From Bacteroidota bacterium (GTDB lineage: Bacteria > Bacteroidota > Bacteroidia > Bacteroidales > GCA-2748055), in the NCBI GenBank assembly GCA_049325415.1, contig JBMOLL010000008.1, positions 15,498 through 79,497 of the forward strand: a stretch of 64,000 nt of DNA. The letters are read 5' to 3'. Each line of letters begins with the position of its first letter. Position 1 is the first letter of the stretch. Positions 57,436 to 64,000 of this stretch are shown in pieces. Under the pieces are notes generated by a model. It saw nothing but the letters and a program-made list of their open reading frames with translations. It did not search any database and was not told the DNA's origin. Both the position numbers and the translations under genes were made by a program.

Positions 57436-59305
57436 ATCTTCCTATATAAATTAACAGAACACTTATGTCGTTTGGGCTGACGCCCGAAATTCTTCCAGCC
57501 TGCCCGATCGTAGCTGGCTTAATTCTGCCCAGCTTTTGTCGTGCTTCAGTCGACAAGCTTTTAAGCCTGCTATAATTAAAATCAGCCGGTAGTTTAATCT
57601 CTTCCAGTCTTTTTAATTTATCCGCCATACTCTTCTCCCTGGCAATATAGCCTTCATATTTCACAGCAATCTCAACAGCTTCCATGATCTCCGCCGACCT
57701 CTTTCCTGACTTAAGGGTAAGATCACGCAGTTCCGGGAAAAGCAGATACAATTCTTTCAGATCAATTTCAGGACGTTTCAGCACATCCCAAACCTTCATC
57801 TTCTGCCGAATGGGTGAGGAGGCTCTTTCCTTAAGCCAATCGTTGATCAACATCGGATCGGCGCTCAGAGAACGCAGAAGATCCAGCCAGGACCGAACCA
57901 ACGTCTCCTTTTCCTTAAGAAGTCTGTAACGATTCTCTCCTGCCAGACCAAGTTCATACGATAAACCAGTAAGCCGTTCATCGGCATTATCCTGTCTTAG
58001 CAGAATCCGGTATTCAGCCCTGGAAGTAAACATCCGATAAGGCTCATCAACACCTTTGGTAACCAGATCATCAATAAGCACACCGATATAAGCCTGATCC
58101 CTGCCTAACACAAATTCTTTTCCCCCTTTCACTTTTAGGTGCGCATTTATGCCGGCCATCAATCCCTGAGCTGCAGCTTCTTCATAGCCTGTGGTGCCAT
58201 TAATCTGACCGGCAAAAAACAAAGAATCCAACAATTTGGTTTCAAGCGTATGCTTGAGTTGTGTGGGCGGATAATAGTCGTATTCGATCGCATATCCAGG
58301 ACGGAAGATTTTCACATTTTCCAGGCCTTCAATCTTAACCAATGCTTTATACTGAACGTCGAGAGGCAAGGATGAACTGAAGCCATTAATATAATACTCG
58401 ACGGTTGTTAAGCCTTCCGGTTCCAAAAACAACTGGTGTTGCTCTTTTTCTGAAAAGGTCACAATTTTATCTTCAATACTCGGACAATATCTTGGTCCTA
58501 TTCCTTTAATTGAACCATTGAACAGTGGACTAAAAGCGAAACCCTTTTCAAGTTGCCTGTGTACTTCCTTATTGGTATAGGCAATATAGCAAGGCCGGTG
58601 GTTCCCGTAATCCGGTTCAGATTCCAGAAAACTGAATTTACGGCCTTCCTTATCTCCCTCCTGAACCTTCAGTTTCGAAAAATCAATACTACGACCGTCA
58701 ATTCTAGCCGGAGTACCGGTCTTCATTCTACCAACTTCGAAACCAAGATCCTTCAGTTGCTCACTGATGCCCGTCACAGGAGGTTCGCCAATCCTTCCAC
58801 CCCCGACCTGAACCGAACCAACGTGCATTAGGCCATTTATAAAGGTACCCGCAGTGAGGATAACCGACTTAGCTTCAAACTCCGTACCCATCTGGGTAAT
58901 TACTCCAGCCACCTTATTCCCTTTAATCAGCAGGCTACTCACCTTATCCTGCCAGAAATCTAGATTTTCAACTTTCTCCAGCTCCTCCCTCCAGTAAAGG
59001 GTAAATAAAGCCCGATCACACTGAGCTCTTGGGCTCCACATGGCCGGACCTTTGGACCTGTTGAGCATTCTGAACTGTATCATCGAACGATCCGTTACAA
59101 TTCCAGAAAGTCCTCCGAGGGCATCGATCTCTCTAACGATCTGTCCTTTTGCGATACCCCCCATAGCAGGATTACAGGACATCTGACCAAATTTGGTCAT
59201 GTCCATTGTAATCAATAGTGTCTTGCTTCCCAAATTTGCAGCGGCAGCAGCAGCTTCACAACCAGCATGACCTGCGCCAACAACAATCACATCGTATTTT
59301 TCCAC
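57434..59305 (-). CDS. mnmG: tRNA uridine-5-carboxymethylaminomethyl(34) synthesis enzyme MnmG (GidA)
   Basis: 623 aa. FAD motif YDVIVVGAGHAGCEAA, AGQINGTTGYEEAAAQG, and the C-terminal GRISGVSPNDISVLL. GTG start. Confidence 0.95.
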   Translation of the reverse strand: MEKYDVIVVGAGHAGCEAAAAAANLGSKTLLITMDMTKFGQMSCNPAMGGIAKGQIVREIDALGGLSGIVTDRSMIQFRMLNRSKGPAMWSPRAQCDRALFTLYWREELEKVENLDFWQDKVSSLLIKGNKVAGVITQMGTEFEAKSVILTAGTFINGLMHVGSVQVGGGRIGEPPVTGISEQLKDLGFEVGRMKTGTPARIDGRSIDFSKLKVQEGDKEGRKFSFLESEPDYGNHRPCYIAYTNKEVHRQLEKGFAFSPLFNGSIKGIGPRYCPSIEDKIVTFSEKEQHQLFLEPEGLTTVEYYINGFSSSLPLDVQYKALVKIEGLENVKIFRPGYAIEYDYYPPTQLKHTLETKLLDSLFFAGQINGTTGYEEAAAQGLMAGINAHLKVKGGKEFVLGRDQAYIGVLIDDLVTKGVDEPYRMFTSRAEYRILLRQDNADERLTGLSYELGLAGENRYRLLKEKETLVRSWLDLLRSLSADPMLINDWLKERASSPIRQKMKVWDVLKRPEIDLKELYLLFPELRDLTLKSGKRSAEIMEAVEIAVKYEGYIAREKSMADKLKRLEEIKLPADFNYSRLKSLSTEARQKLGRIKPATIGQAGRISGVSPNDISVLLIYIGR

Positions 59306-59314
59306 AGGATTAAA

Positions 59315-59734
59315 TTATTCTTCCCACAAAGATAAAGCCTTATCTTCCAAAAGCCTCATGGATGAAGAATTCTCTTCCGTATCGTCATTAAAACCCAATA
59401 AGTGCAAAACACCGTGAATCATAACCCGCTTCAATTCATTTTCAAAGGAAACGTTAAATTCTTCAGCATTGCTTCGAACCTTATCTACGGAAATAAAAAC
59501 ATCACCACTTATACGGCTATCTTCAGCAAGATCAAAAGTGATAACATCCGTAAAGTAATGATGGTTCAAATATGATTTATTAAGATTCAGGAGAAAATTA
59601 TCGGAACAGAAAATAAAATTCAAATCTCCTATATTACGCTGGTGCTCATTGACTGTTTTTCGAATCCAGTCAGTAAGCTTTCTTTTTTCCTTAGGAGCAA
59701 AGGGGGTGTCCTCCCTATGGTATAAAATACTCAC
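59315..59734 (-). CDS. ybeY: rRNA maturation RNase YbeY
   Basis: 139 aa with the metal motif HGVLHLLGFND. GTG start overlapping the upstream stop (GTGA). Confidence 0.85.
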   Translation of the reverse strand: MSILYHREDTPFAPKEKRKLTDWIRKTVNEHQRNIGDLNFIFCSDNFLLNLNKSYLNHHYFTDVITFDLAEDSRISGDVFISVDKVRSNAEEFNVSFENELKRVMIHGVLHLLGFNDDTEENSSSMRLLEDKALSLWEE

Positions 59735-60129
59735 AAGATGTTAAAGGTTAATTCCACAAACCTTCCATTATCTTTAAAGAGAATTCCGTCACTGAGTCTT
59801 TGCATGAGAAAAACTCCTCTCCCATTAATCTTTTCACGGTTTTCAGGAGCTGTCGGATCGGGCACATGTTCAAAATCAAAACCATTTCCCTGGTCGGAGA
59901 TCGCGACTTTCAATTCGCTTCCCAAAACTTCCAGGTCAACGCTAATCTTTTTTTCAGGATCCAGTTTATTTCCATGAATAATTGCATTGTTTGCTGCTTC
60001 AATAGTCGCAACCAGAACATTTCCGTATACTTCATCGCTTAAATCAAGAGACAAAGAGATATCATCAATCATTTTCTCAATGACTCTTAAATTCTGTAAG
60101 TCAGAAGAGAGCTTCAAGCTTTTTTTCAT
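59731..60129 (-). CDS. RsbW/SpoIIAB-like HATPase_c protein (anti-sigma-type serine kinase fold)
   Basis: 132 aa with N-box EAANNAIIHG, G1 box SDQGNGF and G2 box NGRGVFLMQ. Confidence 0.7.
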   Translation of the reverse strand: MKKSLKLSSDLQNLRVIEKMIDDISLSLDLSDEVYGNVLVATIEAANNAIIHGNKLDPEKKISVDLEVLGSELKVAISDQGNGFDFEHVPDPTAPENREKINGRGVFLMQRLSDGILFKDNGRFVELTFNIL

Positions 60130-60180
60130 AGTATTAAACTGAGCCTATTTATACGTAAATATTCTGATCAGGTTACATTT

Positions 60181-61365
60181 TTATTTCGAAATCCATTCTT
60201 CCGGATTTAAAATAGTCTTCTCCCTCCAAACCTCGTAATGAAGAACAGAATTAGTCCCATCCTGTCCGGTAAAGATTTCTCCTATAACCTGCTTTGTTTT
60301 TACCTTGTCACCGGATTTAACTCTCACGTTTACCAGATTCTGATAAACCGTAAGATACTCACCGTGTCGAATTATTACGGTATAATTTGCACCCAGTATA
60401 GCAACAACCCGGGATACCTCCCCATCGAATACGGCCCTTGCCAAAGAACCTTTATTACTGGTAATATCAATACCGCTATTACTTATCCATACATCCTGAA
60501 GTACCGGATGTCTGACTTTACCATACCCGGCGGTAATCACCCCTCTTTCAACCGGCCAGGGCAGGCGTCCCTTATTTGATTTAAATTCCGAACTAACCAG
60601 TTTCTGCTCCGGAGTTAGAGAGGTATACAAATTTTCGGATCGCGACCTTCTTGCTTCTTCCTCAATAAGTTTACGAATTTCCAGTTCAATCTGATTTTGA
60701 ATCGCCTCCTTCTTCTTCAATTCCTCTCTTAATTTGCTTTCCTGAGCCTTAAGTTTCGAGACCAGAAGGTCCTTCTCAGATTTCTGCCTTTGCAGATTTC
60801 TGTTTTCAATGGCTTTTTCTGTAAGCACCCTTTCCTTATCTTTTTTTTGATCCAGGAGATCAGTCCTTTTTGACTCAAGCTCAACAACGCTGTTTTTAAT
60901 TTCCTCAATCCTGTTCATCCGGTATTCAGATAAATATTTCAGGTATTTAATTCTCTGGTAGGCCTGGCTGAAACTTTCGCTCGCGATTACATACATAAAG
61001 CGGTCATCCTTAGTCTGACTCACATAAGCAGAATAAATAAGCCTCACATATTCTTCCCTTTCTTTCTCAATTTTTCTCTCCAAATCAGAAATTTCGGTAT
61101 TTGTCTGTCCTATCGCAAAATCAATCAAACGAATCTGGCTTTCATAATCAGATATCATCTGATTTCGCACAACTATGCTTTTTGTTAATAGATTAAGCTG
61201 TTGTACCGAAGCTTCCTTTTCTTTGCTGGTTTTCTGCAGCAATTCTGTAGTCATAGAAATTTCCTGTTTGTTCTTTTCCTGTTTTTCCTCCAGTTCCTTT
61301 TTCGACTGACTAAAAACAGTAAAAGACAACAGAATAAATAAGTTTATAAAAACGATTCTCTTCAT
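60181..61365 (-). CDS. M23-family peptidase with N-terminal coiled coil (EnvC-like)
   Basis: Signal peptide, about 230 aa of heptad-rich K/E/Q sequence, then a C-terminal LytM domain (GIDITS...VIIRHGEYLTVY...VLHYEVW). Confidence 0.85.
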   Translation of the reverse strand: MKRIVFINLFILLSFTVFSQSKKELEEKQEKNKQEISMTTELLQKTSKEKEASVQQLNLLTKSIVVRNQMISDYESQIRLIDFAIGQTNTEISDLERKIEKEREEYVRLIYSAYVSQTKDDRFMYVIASESFSQAYQRIKYLKYLSEYRMNRIEEIKNSVVELESKRTDLLDQKKDKERVLTEKAIENRNLQRQKSEKDLLVSKLKAQESKLREELKKKEAIQNQIELEIRKLIEEEARRSRSENLYTSLTPEQKLVSSEFKSNKGRLPWPVERGVITAGYGKVRHPVLQDVWISNSGIDITSNKGSLARAVFDGEVSRVVAILGANYTVIIRHGEYLTVYQNLVNVRVKSGDKVKTKQVIGEIFTGQDGTNSVLHYEVWREKTILNPEEWISK

Positions 61366-62132
61366 TACCAGTCTAAAACTTCATATTTTTCACTGTATGA
61401 CATATTAATTTCCACCGAAGATTCATAAACCGGCTGCACGGGGTAGAATCCTACAGAACCTTCAAGCCCCAGATAGTTTACATAAACCAGAATTTTTCCA
61501 TCACTTTCTTTTTCCATTAAAAGATACTCATTAAGACGGGTATCAAAAATTTCAGCCTTTACCAAATTACCAACACTCCTGTCGAAATAATAAATTTTCT
61601 TCAGAAAGTCACGAGACATATCCAATTCAAAAAGATGATCCACAGGACGAATAATCCAGTTAATATCACATAAAATAGAATTATCAAGTAAAGAAAGAAG
61701 ATCTTTAAAAGAAATTAAACCGTTAAAATTTTCAGAATCCATTATTTTTCTCCGGTAAACAATTTTCTCAACGCGATTTATAACCAGCGCAGAATCATTA
61801 CAGACATAAGCCCGAACAATCTCAAAACCGTTTGATACAACAGAGAAATAGACAGCAGAATCCGGAAGGTAAAATACTGTTGATTTAGCTGAGTAATGTG
61901 TTTCATCAATCAGAAAATCAGTATCAACTTTCCTAAATTGAACAACATTTGAGAAGCCGGACCTGCAAATCGAATCCCGAACAGCATTTTCATCCAGATA
62001 AGCACCGCCAGACCCTGCTATTCTACCCATCGACGTACAGCTAAAAACTCCCATAGTCAGCAGGAAGATAATGCACAGACTAAATATTCTATTTATCTGA
62101 TAATCTGTCGATTCGCTGAAGAAGATCTTCAT
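61365..62132 (-). CDS. DUF4292-like (LolB-fold) putative lipoprotein
   Basis: 255 aa with lipobox-like MGVFSC. Its position between the TPR protein and the M23 peptidase matches the conserved Bacteroidota gene order. The family name is from memory. 1-nt TAATG overlap with the M23 gene. Confidence 0.55.
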   Translation of the reverse strand: MKIFFSESTDYQINRIFSLCIIFLLTMGVFSCTSMGRIAGSGGAYLDENAVRDSICRSGFSNVVQFRKVDTDFLIDETHYSAKSTVFYLPDSAVYFSVVSNGFEIVRAYVCNDSALVINRVEKIVYRRKIMDSENFNGLISFKDLLSLLDNSILCDINWIIRPVDHLFELDMSRDFLKKIYYFDRSVGNLVKAEIFDTRLNEYLLMEKESDGKILVYVNYLGLEGSVGFYPVQPVYESSVEINMSYSEKYEVLDW

Positions 62133-63780
62133 TAGAAACTCCTAACTTTAGCGCACTGTTATAAAATTCCTTAGCTTTTTCCAATAAACCAAGACTTTCC
62201 GCAATTTTGCCTGCATGTAATACAACATCGCCATCCTTGAACCCTCCATAACCCAGCGCCTTTTCAATATAAGTATAGGCCTCTTCCAAACGATTTAATT
62301 TAAATAAAATCCAGGCGTAAGTATCCAGGTAGGTACTATTCTTTCCATCCGAATCCAGCGTTTTTCCGCTCCATATCAAGGCCTGCTCAAGATTCTCTCC
62401 CCTTTCTGCCAGATAATATGAGTAATTATTCAGCAATAAAACATTATCTGGGTCAAGGTCTAATAAAAACAGAAAAACACTGTCGGCAGCAGCATAGCGC
62501 TTCAGATTGTTTAGAGCCTCAGCTTTAAGAGTTAACATCTGTATTTTCAATCCCGGAAACCTCTTATCTTCCAGATCAGTTTTGCAGACTGTTTGAATAA
62601 GTTCATCGTAATCCTTATTCTGATAATAAGCCAGAGAAAGATAATAATTCACAACTGTGCTATCCGGAAACAATAAAGCCGCTCTTTCGACTGTTTCAAG
62701 AAGCTCTTCAGGCTTTTCGGCGAACGAAGCAAGACTGAGTCCCTGCAGCCAGACATTATAATCCACAACTTCAGAAAACAAGACCGGTTTTAACACAGAA
62801 AAAGCCTTAGCGTATTTCTCCAGGTCAATATTAAAATCAACTTCCAGTAAAGCAATATCTTTTTCTTCGGGATAAGTAGACTTTAGCGCGGTAAATAAAT
62901 TATCTACCGCTCCAGCATATATGGTTTCAAGTGAGTCGTTCATCAGGTAATAGGAAAGGATTGAAAGTTTCCTTTTCAAATCTATTTCCTTGCTATAGAA
63001 ACTGTATTTCAGAAAGTACAAGGACTTTTCAATGTCGTTCACTTCCCTGTAATGATCTGCCAGATTTGTAATTGCATAGATATTGGACGAATCGATGCCG
63101 AAAGCCTGTAAGTAATAATTCACAGATCTTTCGGATAATCCAGCCTTCTCACTTATTTCAGCAGACATAACATAGAACTGTGGGACCTCCGGAAAAACAG
63201 AAATAAGCCGGTCAAGTTCATCCAAAGCCTTATCAAATTTCTTTTCCTTTACATAAATATCAGACAACAGCAAGGTAACTTTATCAGAAAATCCATTTTT
63301 ATTCTGAATCCTATTTAAAATTCTAACAGCTTTACTTCCTTTTCCCTGATCAGAATAAACCGACGCCAGCATATACTGAAAATCAATATTATCAGGGAAG
63401 GTCTTACATCCTTTTAAAAGAATATTTTCAGACTCCTTTAAATTATTATTCAAGCGCAATACATTCGCATAGGCACTAATATACCACACATTTTCACGAT
63501 CAAGATTATAGGCAATACTAAAGGATTCCTCAGCGCTATTAATTTGGTTTGCAGAAAAATATAAATTTCCAGTTTCATATGCTGCCACTGCGCAGTTGGG
63601 CTTATTTTCAAGGACCAGTTTATATAATTTTAAAGCTTCCGCAAAGTTACCCAGGTTCTTTTGCTTTGTTGCTTCAATCAAAACATACTGATAATCGCTA
63701 TCTGAACTATTCTGAGCCCAGGCAGGATCTCCTGACAACAACCAAAGCATTAAGCCTAAAAAAACACACGTATTTTTCAT
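62089..63780 (-). CDS. Tetratricopeptide-repeat protein (secreted/periplasmic)
   Basis: 563 aa with signal peptide [26 protein letters not shown]-like repeats run throughout ([49 protein letters not shown]). Confidence 0.8.
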   Translation of the reverse strand: MKNTCVFLGLMLWLLSGDPAWAQNSSDSDYQYVLIEATKQKNLGNFAEALKLYKLVLENKPNCAVAAYETGNLYFSANQINSAEESFSIAYNLDRENVWYISAYANVLRLNNNLKESENILLKGCKTFPDNIDFQYMLASVYSDQGKGSKAVRILNRIQNKNGFSDKVTLLLSDIYVKEKKFDKALDELDRLISVFPEVPQFYVMSAEISEKAGLSERSVNYYLQAFGIDSSNIYAITNLADHYREVNDIEKSLYFLKYSFYSKEIDLKRKLSILSYYLMNDSLETIYAGAVDNLFTALKSTYPEEKDIALLEVDFNIDLEKYAKAFSVLKPVLFSEVVDYNVWLQGLSLASFAEKPEELLETVERAALLFPDSTVVNYYLSLAYYQNKDYDELIQTVCKTDLEDKRFPGLKIQMLTLKAEALNNLKRYAAADSVFLFLLDLDPDNVLLLNNYSYYLAERGENLEQALIWSGKTLDSDGKNSTYLDTYAWILFKLNRLEEAYTYIEKALGYGGFKDGDVVLHAGKIAESLGLLEKAKEFYNSALKLGVSNEDLLQRIDRLSDK

Positions 63781-64000
63781 TTTCTTCCTGTATGACCAAA
63801 ACCACCGGCTCCACGCTCAGTGCTTTCGAGGCTTTCAACTGAATTCCATTCTACCTTTTCATGACGCGCAATCACCATCTGGCAGATTCTTTCCCCATCA
63901 ACAATAACGAAATCCTTATCCGATAAATTGACCAGAATAACACCGATTTCACCCCGATAATCTGCATCAATAGTTCCCGGGGTATTTAAAACAGTTACAC
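63777..64000 (-). CDS. dut: dUTP diphosphatase, C-terminal part (start lies beyond the window)
   Basis: Minus-strand translation ...[69 protein letters not shown] carries dUTPase motifs 3-5. ATGA overlap with the downstream TPR gene. Confidence 0.85.
   Translation of the reverse strand, partial: VTVLNTPGTIDADYRGEIGVILVNLSDKDFVIVDGERICQMVIARHEKVEWNSVESLESTERGAGGFGHTGRK

Overview
This window looks like an ordinary, mostly housekeeping chromosomal segment of a Bacteroidota-type genome. The phylum call rests on a T9SS C-terminal sorting domain, TAnnTTTG -7 boxes upstream of many genes, and the dut-TPR-DUF4292-M23 and DUF4271-hemD-rnpA gene orders.

I call 50 protein-coding genes (two cut by the window edges), three tRNAs (Phe-GAA, Gly-GCC, Leu-UAA), several intrinsic terminators and some candidate promoters or operators.

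Recognisable content:
- DNA replication and repair: mutS, dnaG, polA, uvrC, dut.
- RNA and tRNA maturation: rlmN, mnmG, ybeY, rnpA, queD, dtd.
- Central metabolism: maeB, deoC, ade, a polyprenyl synthase and a MenA-like prenyltransferase.
- Efflux: a MacB-type FtsX permease followed by a complete RND tripartite pump (adaptor, pump, TolC).
- Envelope: the known pair of a lipoprotein alpha-2-macroglobulin and PBP1C, plus peptidases (M16, S41, M23, CPBP).
- Regulators: a stand-alone receiver domain, a MerR protein with a B12-binding-like domain, an ECF sigma factor, an ArsR-family protein and an RsbW-like kinase.

I saw no transposase, integrase or phage genes, no CRISPR array, no rRNA, and no recognisable defence or biosynthetic cluster.

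The feature least explained by annotation is a tandem 164/165-bp repeat directly upstream of tRNA-Leu. Each unit re-uses the tRNA leader and its first 16 nt, continues into about 105 nt of non-tRNA sequence, and ends in a T-tract. Lesser oddities:
- Two copies of a perfect GTTCCACGTGGAAC palindrome between mnmG and ade.
- A LitR/LitS-like pairing of the MerR/B12 regulator with the ECF sigma factor.
- A DnaG whose four CHC2 zinc ligands are all substituted.
- A Cys-bounded Asp/Glu/Tyr-rich loop in the alpha-2-macroglobulin.
- A Cys-rich lipoprotein with an internal domain duplication.

All product calls rest on motifs I could read in the supplied translations, not on database searches. Hand-located non-coding coordinates may be off by 1-2 nt.
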